Shown here: positions 20,435-30,784 of the stretch, one piece after another
Numbering within the stretch: the first letter of the stretch is position 1
Layout: every line of letters begins with the position of its first letter
Assembly: GCA_965200965.1 (NCBI GenBank)
Contig: OZ241744.1
Location: 1,088,001-1,152,000 of the forward strand
Length of the DNA: 64,000 nt
Direction: 5' to 3'
Source: an uncultured Candidatus Binatia bacterium
GTDB lineage: Bacteria; Desulfobacterota; Binatia; Bin18
The notes under the pieces: generated by a model
The model's input: the letters and a program-made list of their open reading frames with translations, nothing else
Told to the model about the DNA's origin: nothing
Database searches by the model: none
Translations under genes and position numbers: made by a program

Positions 20435-20654
20435 CACCACTCCACCTTGGTCTTAGCGGGTCTGCATTCCCTGCCGGCCTGCCTTTTCCACTCGTCCAGG
20501 TGCCCATCTTTTACCCAGGAAGAGCGGCCCTTCCCCGGCCAGGGACATGTGTCTCCAGCCTCAACCACGCGCCAAGCAGGACTGGCCCCGGCTTCTTTTC
20601 TCGTGCGCCGCTTCCGGCTACAATCCTTGCACCAGACAAAAGGAGGGACAACAG

Positions 20655-21854
20655 ATGCCAGCAGCACATTTTTTTGCCGAAAGTCTTGAGGAAGTCGGCC
20701 TTGACCCGGACAAGGTCCAGGCCCTGTTTGACCGGGCCGAACGCGAGGTCAAAGCAGGTCTCCTGCCGGCCAGCCAAGTCGCCATTGCTCGCAACGGCAA
20801 AATCGGCGCGATGCAGACCTTTGGCACAGCGGTCCAGAGCGGTGCCGAGAAGCCGGCGACCAACGACACCCATTTTGTCATCATGTCTTCAACCAAGGCG
20901 CTGACCGCGGCCGCGGCTTGGCTTATGGTGCAGGAAGGCAAGCTGCGCCTTGACGACCGTATCGCCGCGTATATCCCGGAGTTTGGCACCAATGGCAAAG
21001 ACGCGGTCACGGTTGAGCACTGCCTGGTCCACACCTCGGGCATGCCCTACGCCCCGCACTGGCAAAAAGAATGGGCCGACCCCCAGCGTCGCCTGGACCG
21101 CTTTGCCCAATGGCGGCTCAGCCATAGGCCGGGCGAAAAATTTGAGTACCACATCTCGTCCAACTTCTGGGCGGTCGCCGCGGTCATCGAAAAACAGACC
21201 GACCAGAGCCTGAGCGACTTTGTCCGGACGCGGATCGCCGAGCCTCTGGGCCTGCCAGAACTCCGGCTCGGCCTGCCGGCCTCGGGCAACGCGCAGGTTG
21301 CCGACGGGGTATGGGTCGGCCACGCCCTCAGCCCCGCAGAGTACGAAAAAATGGGGCTCACAGGCTTTGGCAAGACGACGAGCGCGATTAGTGAGGACGG
21401 CGTACTCGAACTCAACGAGACCATCACCCGTCAGGCCGGCTCGCCGTCGGCCGGATGTATCACCACCGCCGGTGATATCGCCCTGTTCTATCAGGCCCTG
21501 CTCAACGAGGGTCGGGCGCACAACGGCACGCCGGTGTGGCAGCCCGAGATGCTCACCGAGGCACGCCGGCCGCGCACCGGCGACCTCAGAGACCCCTTTC
21601 TGGGCCACCGCGCCCTGCGCGCCTTGGGCATCGCCATAGCCGGCGGGGACGGCAAGGCCAACCTGCGGGCCTTTGGCAAAACCAACTCGGCCGAAGCCTT
21701 TGGCCATCCGGGCTTTGGCGGCCAGAGCGGCTGGGCCGACCCGGAGACGGGCATCTCGTTCGGCTATCTGACCAACGGGTTTGACCGCAACGCCCTGCGT
21801 GAGGGCCGCCGTCGGGTCGCCCTGTCGAGCCTGGCGGCTTCGTGCGCGGCCTGA
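20655..21854 (+). CDS. Serine hydrolase (beta-lactamase/class C esterase fold)
   Basis: SSTK (SxxK), LVHTSG, PGEKFEYH, FGHPGFGG. Confidence 0.88.
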   Translation: MPAAHFFAESLEEVGLDPDKVQALFDRAEREVKAGLLPASQVAIARNGKIGAMQTFGTAVQSGAEKPATNDTHFVIMSSTKALTAAAAWLMVQEGKLRLDDRIAAYIPEFGTNGKDAVTVEHCLVHTSGMPYAPHWQKEWADPQRRLDRFAQWRLSHRPGEKFEYHISSNFWAVAAVIEKQTDQSLSDFVRTRIAEPLGLPELRLGLPASGNAQVADGVWVGHALSPAEYEKMGLTGFGKTTSAISEDGVLELNETITRQAGSPSAGCITTAGDIALFYQALLNEGRAHNGTPVWQPEMLTEARRPRTGDLRDPFLGHRALRALGIAIAGGDGKANLRAFGKTNSAEAFGHPGFGGQSGWADPETGISFGYLTNGFDRNALREGRRRVALSSLAASCAA

Positions 21855-22047
21855 GAAACCGGTGAGCTGCCTTTTCAGGAGTTTCCTTGAAAAACTTCCG
21901 AAATTCCCAATACACGGTCAGGGTTATCTCTTCGGTAATCGCCGCAATCCAGTTGCGGATGACTTTGACTGAAACAGGGTCAAACGCCCGGGCCCTACTG
22001 CCTCCCACACCGCTGGTGACACCAGCGTACTCTCGAGAGGGCCGGGC

Positions 22048-22482
22048 TTAGCCCTCGTTCTCGGGACCAAAGGAGTCGGTGGTGATCCGGCGCGACTTGA
22101 ACTTCCACTCACCGTCAACCTTGGCGTATACATCGTCATACCAGCCCCGCATCTCCCACTTCTTGCCGTCACGCTTCATATGCACCTCGACGTAACACGT
22201 CCCGGTCGCCGAGTCCGGCCCGGTCAGCTCAATCACATGGTTATGAATGAACGGGCGGGGCTGCATGTCGTCCAAGCCGTTGGCGATCATGTTGCGCAGA
22301 TTGTCCCGCCCCTGGGCACCCGGCAGGTCGGGGTTATCAACCGAGAACGAGCCGTCTTCGGTGAACAGCTTGGCGTAGCCGTCCAAGTCCTTTTGCCATA
22401 CACAGTGACAGTACTGGAGCGGCAGGTTGCGGATCGCTTCCCGGTCAATCACGGCCTGCATTTGGGTCTCTAGGTCTGCCAT
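22048..22482 (-). CDS. NTF2/SnoaL-like family protein
   Basis: DREAIRNL..YC, LFTEDG, GWYDDVY..VDGEWKFKSR. Confidence 0.88.
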   Translation of the reverse strand: MADLETQMQAVIDREAIRNLPLQYCHCVWQKDLDGYAKLFTEDGSFSVDNPDLPGAQGRDNLRNMIANGLDDMQPRPFIHNHVIELTGPDSATGTCYVEVHMKRDGKKWEMRGWYDDVYAKVDGEWKFKSRRITTDSFGPENEG

Positions 22483-22562
22483 AGCTCCCTCCTTGCGGCG
22501 TATTTCGTGCCCGAGCATAGTCCGACCGAGGCCGGCGCGCAACGGTTTTGCCGCGCCCCGGC

Positions 22563-23354
22563 TCAACCCTCGGTCAGAAACGACGGGCTACCCGTTTTGG
22601 CCGTCTGTCCGCCGTCGGCCACAAACGCCGAGCCGGTCACAAACGAGGCCAGATCGGAGGCCAGAAAGAGCACTACATTGGCGATCTCTTCCGGCTCACC
22701 CAGACGGCCGAGCGGAATGGCGGCGTCGAACTGGTCCTGAAAGCCGGCGATCTCCAGGGCCGGCGCGATCAGCGGCGTGTTAATCGCCCCCGGACACACA
22801 CAGTTGGCCCGAATCCCGTTGCGCGCATACTCAACCGCTACCACCCGGGTCAGGTTGATCACCCCGGCCTTGGCCGCATTATAGGCGGCAATGCCGTAGT
22901 CGGCGTACAGACCCGAGATTGAGGCGGTATTGACAATCGCCCCGCCGCCGTTTTTGCGCATCTCAGGAATGGCGCGCTTCATGGCCTGAAAGACCGCGGT
23001 CAGCCCCAGGTCAAGGGTTTTGTCCCAGACCTCGTCATCAAGCTCGCCGGTCCGGGCGGCCCAGCGGTCGCCCGGCAGACCAAAGGCGTTATTGTGCAGA
23101 AAGTCGAGGCGGCCAAACTTGCCAACGGTCTGCGAAATAATGGCATCAATATCGGCCTGCTGGGTCACGTCGGCAACCAACGCCAAGGCCCGGCCGCCGG
23201 CGGCGCGAATCTCGGCTTCCACCTGCTCGGCCTTCTCCCGGTTGATATCGACGACGGCAACCGCGCCCCCACGTCTGGCAAATCCAAGCGCGGTGGCGCG
23301 TCCAATGCCCGAAGCCGCTCCTGTCACCAGACCGACTTTTGTGTCAAACTTCAT
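22563..23354 (-). CDS. SDR family oxidoreductase
   Basis: TGAASGIG, NNA, YNAAK, DGG. Confidence 0.92.
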   Translation of the reverse strand: MKFDTKVGLVTGAASGIGRATALGFARRGGAVAVVDINREKAEQVEAEIRAAGGRALALVADVTQQADIDAIISQTVGKFGRLDFLHNNAFGLPGDRWAARTGELDDEVWDKTLDLGLTAVFQAMKRAIPEMRKNGGGAIVNTASISGLYADYGIAAYNAAKAGVINLTRVVAVEYARNGIRANCVCPGAINTPLIAPALEIAGFQDQFDAAIPLGRLGEPEEIANVVLFLASDLASFVTGSAFVADGGQTAKTGSPSFLTEG

Positions 23355-23425
23355 GCTGCTCTCCTGTTGAAAAAACGCCGGCACCTGACCGGCACCAGCG
23401 TGATGGGGGGCGAGCGCCGGCCGGC

Positions 23426-24544
23426 TCAGCCCAGATTGAAGACCCGTGCCGCATTATCCCATAACAGTTTACGCTTGGAGACCTCTGGAATCGGCTGATC
23501 GAGCATGGCCTGTACGCCCCACGGGTAGGTTCCGTCGGGATGCGGGTAGTCAGAGTCCCAGGTGAAGTTGTCGTCGCCGACCAGCTCCACCGCGGCTTTC
23601 ATAGTCGGCTCGTCGCCCCGGAAGGCCACGCACACATTTGTTCTGAAGTATTCGGTTGGACGCCGGGTCAGGTATTCGTGCTCGGCGTTACCGCTGAAGT
23701 TCCAGTGCTGTTCCATGCGTTGCAGCCAGTACGGCGTCCAGCCGCCGTCTCCCTCAACATGGATCACTTTCAGCTTGGGAAACTTCTCAAAAATACCGAA
23801 CCAGATCAGCCCGGCCATTGCCGCCATCGCCTCAAACGGGTGCGACAGAATATGCCCGCTGGTATGGGTGTCCATCCGGTCGCCAAACGACGGCACAGAG
23901 GCCGAGGCCGAGTCATGGGTGGAGAGGGGCTTGCCGATCTTCTCGATCGCGGCCCACAGCGGGTCATAGTCGGTGTGCCACAGGGTCCGGCCGCGGACCG
24001 GATTGGGGCGCATGTAGTAGCTGACGCAGCCAGCCTCCGCGGCCCGGCAGGCTTCGGCGATTGCTTCTTCGACATCCTGCATCGGCAGGGCTGCGGCCCA
24101 GCGCATGCGTTCCGGGGCCAGCGAGGTATAGTCGGCGGCCCAGTTGTTATAGGCCCGCACGCAGGCGGCCAGCAGTTTGGTATCGCGGAACTCGCGGCCC
24201 AACATCTGTCCGGTATAGGTCGGGTACAGAATCTGGACATCAACCCCGTGCTCGTTCATATCGTCGAGCCGGCTCTGGGGGCTGAACTCGGTGCGGCGGG
24301 CCTTGTCAAAGCGGTCCATGGCCTTGGCCGCGGCCTTAAGAAACGCCTTGGCCGCCATAGGGTACTTGCCCTTCTCGCGGGTGAACGACTCCCCCTCCAC
24401 CAGGAAGGTCCGCCGTCCCGAGCCCGGTGCCTCGCCCATCCGGGGGGCCTGCGACCGGTAGGCGTCCTCCATATGCCGCTCCCACAGCCATTCCGGCTCC
24501 ATCATGTGAGAGTCAGTATCCACAATTTTGAATCCATCGCGCAT
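23426..24544 (-). CDS. Amidohydrolase family 2 protein
   Basis: VDTDSH, AYNNW, FPKLKVIHVEGDGGW, SDYPHPD. Confidence 0.9.
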   Translation of the reverse strand: MRDGFKIVDTDSHMMEPEWLWERHMEDAYRSQAPRMGEAPGSGRRTFLVEGESFTREKGKYPMAAKAFLKAAAKAMDRFDKARRTEFSPQSRLDDMNEHGVDVQILYPTYTGQMLGREFRDTKLLAACVRAYNNWAADYTSLAPERMRWAAALPMQDVEEAIAEACRAAEAGCVSYYMRPNPVRGRTLWHTDYDPLWAAIEKIGKPLSTHDSASASVPSFGDRMDTHTSGHILSHPFEAMAAMAGLIWFGIFEKFPKLKVIHVEGDGGWTPYWLQRMEQHWNFSGNAEHEYLTRRPTEYFRTNVCVAFRGDEPTMKAAVELVGDDNFTWDSDYPHPDGTYPWGVQAMLDQPIPEVSKRKLLWDNAARVFNLG

Positions 24545-24597
24545 TGTCGTGTTCCTCCATTCTGGCTGGACGCTCACGGTCTGAAGCGTCATCAGCG

Positions 24598-25785
24598 TCA
24601 GCCCTTGGGCAGGCCGAGCACCCGTTCGCCAATGATGTTATGCTGAATTTCGTTGGTTCCGGCCGCAATCGTGCCGCGCCGGGCGGCCAGCATCCGGTGC
24701 GACCATTTCCCCCGGTCGAGGGCCACCTCGGCCCGATATGCAAATTGACTGTAGGGCCCCAGCAGTTCCATCGCAAACTCCTGGATACGGTGGTTCAGGG
24801 TGCTGGTGCCGAGCTTCATTATTGAACCCTCGGGCCCGGGCGGAACCCCCTGGAGTTGCCGGGTCAGCTGCCGAAAGCTGGTATACTTGAGGGCCGACGC
24901 CTCGCAGGCGAAACCGGCCACCCGTTGGCGCACATAGCTATCCTGCCAAGCCGGCCGGCCGTTGCATTCAAGCTGCCTAGCCAAGTCCATGAGTTGCCGA
25001 ACCTCAACCATCATGTCAGTCCGCCCGCCATGAATTGTACGCTCAAACATCATGTTCGTCATGGCCACCATCCAGCCCCGGTTTTTCTCGCCCACCAGGT
25101 TGGCCAGCGGGACTTGGACATCTTCAAAAAACACCTGGTTGAAACCGCGCTCGCCGGTCATCTGGATCAGCGGGCGGACGGTGATGCCCGGGCTTTTCAT
25201 ATCCACCAGCAGATAGCTGAGACCCTTATGTTTGGGGGCTTCGGAGTCGGTTCGGCACAGCAGCGTTGTATAGTCGGCGTGGTGGGCGTTCGAGGTCCAG
25301 ACCTTGGAGCCGTTGACCAGGAAATGGTCGCCCTGGTCAATCGCCCGGGTCTCTACCGCGGCCAAGTCAGAGCCGTGGTTGGGTTCGGACAAGCCCTGAC
25401 ACCAGATCTCTTCGGCCGGCGGAATCTTGGGGATAAAGCGCTGCTTCTGCTCGGGCGTCCCCCACTGCATCAGCGTCGGCCCGACCCGGGCAATGCCCTG
25501 GAAATTGACCGTAGGGGGGGCTTTGGCCCGGTCAAGTTCTTCGTGGTAGATGACCTGCTGGATCAGGCTGGCCCCGCGCCCGCCGTACTCTTCGGGCCAG
25601 TGGATGCACATCCAGCCGCCGTCGTACAGCTTGCGGTGCCAAGCCCGGCGGCGCTCAAACTCCTCTGCGGAGTCGGGATCGTGCAACTCGCCGTCGTCCC
25701 GCCAATCACGGGGGATGTTGGCGGCCAGCCAACTCCGAAACTCCCGACGAAAGGCTTCCTCTTCTGGGCTGAAACTGAAATCCAT
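24598..25785 (-). CDS. Acyl-CoA dehydrogenase (FadE26/29-like)
   Basis: WCQGLSEPNHGSDLA, NGSKVWTS, FNQVFFEDV, TIAAGTNEIQHNIIGERVLGLP. Confidence 0.93.
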   Translation of the reverse strand: MDFSFSPEEEAFRREFRSWLAANIPRDWRDDGELHDPDSAEEFERRRAWHRKLYDGGWMCIHWPEEYGGRGASLIQQVIYHEELDRAKAPPTVNFQGIARVGPTLMQWGTPEQKQRFIPKIPPAEEIWCQGLSEPNHGSDLAAVETRAIDQGDHFLVNGSKVWTSNAHHADYTTLLCRTDSEAPKHKGLSYLLVDMKSPGITVRPLIQMTGERGFNQVFFEDVQVPLANLVGEKNRGWMVAMTNMMFERTIHGGRTDMMVEVRQLMDLARQLECNGRPAWQDSYVRQRVAGFACEASALKYTSFRQLTRQLQGVPPGPEGSIMKLGTSTLNHRIQEFAMELLGPYSQFAYRAEVALDRGKWSHRMLAARRGTIAAGTNEIQHNIIGERVLGLPKG

Positions 25786-25909
25786 AGCCGTGCCCTTTCT
25801 TCAGAACTGAGGATGAATCGGTATGGACACTGCCAGCCGCGTCATAACAGACTCCATCCTTTTTCTCTGGCCATAGCATTTTGGACCGCGCCGGCCAAGG
25901 GACTGGACC

Positions 25910-26002
25910 GAGAGCGCCTGCGTCCAGCCGACGCAAGTGGTGGCGCTTCGCCATCGCCTCGAGCTTGAGCAAGTGCGCAAAAACTGTAGTATTGTGCGTC
26001 AT
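25910..26002 (-). mobile_element. Possible remnant of an IS4-family (DUF4372-type) transposase N-terminus
   Basis: A GGAGGA Shine-Dalgarno precedes MTHNTTVFAHLLKLEAMAKRHH, which resembles IS4/DUF4372 starts from memory. There is no catalytic domain and no clear terminal repeats. Confidence 0.45.
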
Positions 26003-26040
26003 GATCCTGGAGTTCCTCCGTTCATCAGGAACGCATACAA

Positions 26041-26949
26041 ATGTCCAATACCCCGCCCCTGTCGTTGCCCCCGGTTTCCAGCCTCGTGGCCTCGGATCGT
26101 CCATCGTATGACTACCTCCTTGGCGTCGGCCCCGGCCGCTCGGGCACGACATTTCTCCACAAAATCCTCACCAGTCACACGGCTTTCCACGCGCCGGAGA
26201 TCCAGGATGCGTACTACTACCGTTCGTTCCGGCGCTTCAACAGGGTGCTGCGACACATCCGCACCAGCGTTCCGTCCGCCATGCTTGTTGACGTGGCAAA
26301 CCACGCCTACCGCGACCCGTCGCTTGCCGCCGGCCTTGAGGGTCTGGGAAAACATGGGCACAGAACCTTGCTCGTCGTGCTCTTTCGGGAGCATCGGGCC
26401 AGGGCCGTCTCCATGATGAGATTCCGCAAGAGCCGGGGACACCCTTCGGCGCTCTTTGGCGCAAAGGTGCTGGAACGCGCCGTCGTTCGGCACAGCCTCA
26501 CCCCCGCGGATCTGTTGAGGCTCTACGGACTCCCCGTGGATGTCCTGACCGTGGACTTCTCCACGCTCGTCGAAAACACCGAGCGACTGCTCAAGGTACT
26601 AACCGATATCTGCCGGACCCCCGCCTTCGGAGCCGTCCCCCACCACCCCCTCAACAAGTCGGTGCACGCCAGGAACCTGCTCCTGGCCGTGGCCGGCAAA
26701 CTGGCCGCGGTCGTGCTGCGGAGGGCGGGGTTTCGCAAAACCTTGCACGGTCTCAAAGAACACCCCCGGATACAGCGCGCCTTCTTTGCCCCCCTCGGCG
26801 AGAGCCCGGACGAAGTCCGCTTCAGCGAGCAGGCTGAACGCCTCTTGCAGAGCTGCCACGAAGCCTGCCGCGGCGTCATTCACACTTCAGGCACGCGCCT
26901 CGCCGAGGGTATCTGGCTGAAGCGCGCCGGGCCGAACTCGACGGCCTGA
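26041..26949 (+). CDS. Sulfotransferase-like (P-loop fold) protein
   Basis: GVGPGRSGTTFLHKIL..H resembles the 5'-PSB motif; FREHRARAVS resembles the 3'-PB motif. Confidence 0.65.
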   Translation: MSNTPPLSLPPVSSLVASDRPSYDYLLGVGPGRSGTTFLHKILTSHTAFHAPEIQDAYYYRSFRRFNRVLRHIRTSVPSAMLVDVANHAYRDPSLAAGLEGLGKHGHRTLLVVLFREHRARAVSMMRFRKSRGHPSALFGAKVLERAVVRHSLTPADLLRLYGLPVDVLTVDFSTLVENTERLLKVLTDICRTPAFGAVPHHPLNKSVHARNLLLAVAGKLAAVVLRRAGFRKTLHGLKEHPRIQRAFFAPLGESPDEVRFSEQAERLLQSCHEACRGVIHTSGTRLAEGIWLKRAGPNSTA

Positions 26950-26972
26950 ATCTGCGACCGGGAGGGCATGGC

Positions 26973-28250
26973 ATGGCAGGCAGCAGGAAGCAGCGTTGGC
27001 TGGTGCTGACACAGTACTACCCACCCGAGATTGGAGCGGCTTCGATTCGGCTGCGTCACCTCGTCGGGCAACTGGTGGCGAACGGCAAGGAGGTGCGCGT
27101 GGTGACCGCGCTGCCCAACTATCCGACGGGCCTCATCTTTCCCGCATACAGGGGAAAACTCTACCACAGGGAGGTGATCGATGGCGTGGAGGTCAGGCGG
27201 ACCTGGGTGTACGCTGCGACGGGCCGCTCGCCAATCGTCCGTCTGGTGAACTACTTCAGCTTCACCGTTTCGGCCACCCTGGCCGTCCTGTTCGGCCCCA
27301 GACCCGACATCCTGTTCGTTGAATCGCGGCCGTCACTGGGGTTGGCCGCGATCCTGATGAAATTGTTGCGAAGAGTCCCTTACATCTACAATGTAGCGGA
27401 TTTACATCTTGGCTTGGCGATCGGCACCGGAATTTTCAGCAACACCGTAGTACGTTCACCAGCCCTGAAGCTGGAAGACTTCTTCTTGCGCCATGCCTGG
27501 AGGGTCTCCACCGTCACGCGGGAATTTGCCGAACATATCGCTGACCGCGGAATTCCCAGAAATCGAATTACCTTCCTGCCGAATGGTGCCGACACATCCT
27601 TCCTCAAGCCACAGCCTCCTGAGCCCGAACTCCAGGAGCGGTGGAAACTGAGCGACAGAAAAGTCTTCCTGTACGCCGGAACCTATGCGTATTATCACGG
27701 CCTGGAGACGCTCATCGAAGCGGCCACCTTATTGAAGGAGCGGCCGGACCTCGTCTTTGTACTGTGCGGCGATGGCCCGGAGCGTCATCGAATCGAACAA
27801 CTGGCTTTGAACTATCGAGGGTCCAACCTCATATTCGATCAGCTTCCATACGAGGAAATCAATCGCCTGTATTCGATTGCCTACGCATCCATCGCTATGC
27901 TGAAAAACATGCAGGTGTCGAAAGGCATGCGTCTCGCCAAGATTTTTCCCTCGCTCAGCTGCGGCGTGCCGGTCATTTATGCCGGTCATGGAGAAGGAGC
28001 TGACCTGCTCGAGGAACATGAGTGTGGCTTGATGACCGCCCCGGAAGACCCCGAACAATTGGCCGCCGCCATCTGCAATTTGGCCGATAATCCAGACTTG
28101 AGAAACCGTATGGGACGGGCTGGCCGAAGTCTGATTGAAAGAGAGTACGATTGGACGTCGATTGTTGCAAGGTGGCTGGACGAGCTTTCCGGCACCCGGC
28201 CCCTTCATGGGTGTGGACGGGGTTTGGCCTCTTCGTGCTGGCCCGGATGA
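26973..28250 (+). CDS. Glycosyltransferase family 4 (WbuB-like)
   Basis: LTQYYPPEIGA, TALPNYPTG, RLVNYFSF, PNGAD, YAGT, GDGPER. Confidence 0.92.
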   Translation: MAGSRKQRWLVLTQYYPPEIGAASIRLRHLVGQLVANGKEVRVVTALPNYPTGLIFPAYRGKLYHREVIDGVEVRRTWVYAATGRSPIVRLVNYFSFTVSATLAVLFGPRPDILFVESRPSLGLAAILMKLLRRVPYIYNVADLHLGLAIGTGIFSNTVVRSPALKLEDFFLRHAWRVSTVTREFAEHIADRGIPRNRITFLPNGADTSFLKPQPPEPELQERWKLSDRKVFLYAGTYAYYHGLETLIEAATLLKERPDLVFVLCGDGPERHRIEQLALNYRGSNLIFDQLPYEEINRLYSIAYASIAMLKNMQVSKGMRLAKIFPSLSCGVPVIYAGHGEGADLLEEHECGLMTAPEDPEQLAAAICNLADNPDLRNRMGRAGRSLIEREYDWTSIVARWLDELSGTRPLHGCGRGLASSCWPG

Positions 28251-29245
28251 GGAAGACCACCGGCAAATCCTTTCGATGAGCCATTGGGCTGGGCGCGGGC
28301 TGATCTCCTGCGGCCGGGCAGTGCGACGAAGATGGCTCTCGTCGTTGCAAGGTCCGTCGCTTCCAGACCACGGAATTGTTCTGCCAACTCCAATTCCCCT
28401 GATTCGATAAGATTGAGGGCAGACATGTCCACTTCGGAATCCCAGTCCAGAACATCGAATCCACAATTCTCGAAAATGCGGCGGTATTGGGACCCACGCA
28501 GCCGGTTCATGTACATAAACGCACTGCTGTGGGAGTCCCACGCTTCCTGGTCAAACCTCAGGAAGTTGACGGAAGAGATTGCTGGATCGGAAGCAGCAAA
28601 GTGGTCGCTGAGGTCGATCGTATGTACGCAGAGACCGCCCGGCTTGAGCAATCGGCGGGCAGTGCCCAACAGGCGATAAAGCGACTTCGGTGGAACATGT
28701 TCCAACACGTTGTTGGAACAATGAATATCAATACTTCGGGCAGGCAGGTCGATATCGCCGGCATCCGCCGGAGCAAGGTACGAGATGTTGCAAAGAGCGA
28801 GTACCCTCTGGACCAGCCTCTTCGGCGACTTCTCGGCCAATGCCAGAAGCTTGTCAAGCCGATGGACGGATGTTCCCTTCCCCCGCATCGCTTCAACCAG
28901 CCATGTCCTGTGCGCCCGGTAGAAATCCAGCTGGGAGCGCACGCGCGTGGGCGTAATATTGCGTTGCAAATCAAGGCATATGATCCTCTCGGCCCCAAGG
29001 ACCCACAATAAGATGGGGATGTTCAGGCTTTGACCTGTTCCGACCTCCATGGCCGCGGCACCCTGCAAGCTCCCGCAGGTTCGGATCGCGTCCGCCAGGG
29101 CGAGTGCGCTGCGGATCTTTTCCTCCGGCGGTCGCGGCTGCCAACGGTAGTGAAGCCATTGAATCCGGCGATAGAGGAGCCGGCCCAAGGGGTGGGGCAT
29201 TACTGATAACAGCCTCTGCAATTTCGTCTTGGTCGTCCACCTCAT
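28205..29245 (-). CDS. Class I SAM-dependent methyltransferase
   Basis: MEVGTG, SNNVLEHV, LLKPGG, IDLSDH, NRLR. Confidence 0.85.
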   Translation of the reverse strand: MRWTTKTKLQRLLSVMPHPLGRLLYRRIQWLHYRWQPRPPEEKIRSALALADAIRTCGSLQGAAAMEVGTGQSLNIPILLWVLGAERIICLDLQRNITPTRVRSQLDFYRAHRTWLVEAMRGKGTSVHRLDKLLALAEKSPKRLVQRVLALCNISYLAPADAGDIDLPARSIDIHCSNNVLEHVPPKSLYRLLGTARRLLKPGGLCVHTIDLSDHFAASDPAISSVNFLRFDQEAWDSHSSAFMYMNRLRGSQYRRIFENCGFDVLDWDSEVDMSALNLIESGELELAEQFRGLEATDLATTRAIFVALPGRRRSARAQPNGSSKGFAGGLPHPGQHEEAKPRPHP

Positions 29246-29260
29246 GATGCAGTCCTTTGG

Positions 29261-30576
29261 CTACCCCCTCCCGGTACCGGCACAGACCTCCGGGTGCTGC
29301 TTCAGCCATTCGAGCAAGGTCTCCGCGGCCCAGCGGTGGCCAGTGACATTCCAGTGAGGGTCGTGACGCCACTCCGCATCTCTGAGTGTGGCCCCCTGGC
29401 GGAGGATATAGTCAGCCTGATCAATCACGGGAATGCCAAGCGCCGAGGCCAAGGCCTGCGTCCGGTCAAATACGCCAGTTCCCGAGAACTTCATCTTCAT
29501 GCGGTGGGACGCCAGAATGACCAGCCTGGCCCCGTCACGGGCGGCGCGCGCCTTGAACTGCTCAAGCGCAAAGGCCGTGTAATCCAGGGCCTCCTCAATC
29601 ACTGGCGGCAGGTCACCTTGCGGGAACATCAGCATCATGCTGCCCATGCTGGCCGGTTGCCATCCTTCAAGCATCGTGGCATAGCCAGGCAGTTGCCGCA
29701 ACGCGTCCATTCTCCTTTTGAGCCGGTAATAGTGGTACCCGCGGCGGAAGCTATTCCCCGACTTGGCATTCAACCAGTTGACGAACCAGGACATCTTGTT
29801 CGCTTCTTCTATGACGCGAACGCTCCAGGATTGGGGGGGGGGGTCAGAAAGGCTGGGCAACTTGACATAATCGGGATGGGGGGGACGTAATGTCAGCGTC
29901 CCATCCGGGTGCCTTGCCACGCTAGGCTCCGGAAGGTGTGCTGGATCGTATCCCGTCCCCAGTGCCCGCAGAATTGGAGCGTTGTTCTTAAAATCGTTCG
30001 GCACGAACACCAGGACCACCAGCTTGGGACGGAGAACCCGGACATAGGCATCGTAGAACGCGAGTTGCCAGACTTGGCCGGTGTCCTCAAGCCCAAAGGC
30101 CGAGGTGGTGATGTGCAGGTGGGGCAGGTCACGGGCAGCGAGTGCCTCAAGCCGGATGTGGAACTTGTCGGCGATGGGGACCTGCCTCGCCTCCACATAG
30201 GAGTCGCCGATCATGGCAAGGTGGCAGCTTGCCGCGGCGCGCGCAGGACTCAGGGGCTCCCGGTCAAGGAAGCCCAGGCGGTTGGCGCGGGAGACGGTCC
30301 AGTAGTCAAGCCGGTTCGTAGAGTGTACCTCGCTATGGGGCTTCCGCAGGAATCCAACCCCAGGGATGAAGTGGGCGGAGCTACGCTGAGTCATAAACGG
30401 CGTCGTCAGCCGGAAGTACGCCTCTCCGCCGAGCACGATCAGGCTCAGACCCCCGAGGAGCAGGAGCACATTCCAGCCCATCACACGCACGGCGCTCAGC
30501 CACCCGCACCCGCAACTCCCCCGAGGAGCAGGAGCACATTCCAGCCCATCACACGCAAAGCACGGCAAAGTTTCAT
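29261..30576 (-). CDS. SGNH/GDSL hydrolase-like protein (AlgX/AlgJ-like), paralog A; 5' end disrupted by a duplication
   Basis: IGDSY, FG, PNDF, DPHWN and an N-terminal TM anchor. The ATG at 30576 hits a stop after 26 codons; the main frame can restart at 30481. Confidence 0.75.
30450..30557. repeat. 40-bp direct duplication within the 5' end of SGNH paralog A
   Basis: cccccgaggagcaggagcacattccagcccatcacacgca at 30450-30489 and 30518-30557 (68-bp offset, frame-breaking). Confidence 0.9.
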
Positions 30577-30784
30577 GCTTTCCTCAAAAAAGCACTGGCG
30601 GTGGCCTCGTTCTTGCCACACCGCAGCACACTGCCCGGCTGATGTCGCCCGCGCCCGCGCCTATGATAGGCCGCCATATCCACCGGCAGGAGCACACGGT
30701 GTTGGACCACCTCCCTTGTAGAGGAGGCGATCCAGAGGGACTGGGTGCGCGTACTTGGCGAGCAGCGGCACACCCCGCAGACTT

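Noticed and set aside
20655-21854. Antibiotic-resistance beta-lactamase
   Set aside because: The SxxK fold is shared with esterases and amidases. There is no signal peptide, and the catabolic context favours an esterase-like hydrolase.
21855-22047. Lower-GC intergenic stretch possibly encoding a gene fragment
   Set aside because: I could not support any recognisable motif, start signal or repeat.
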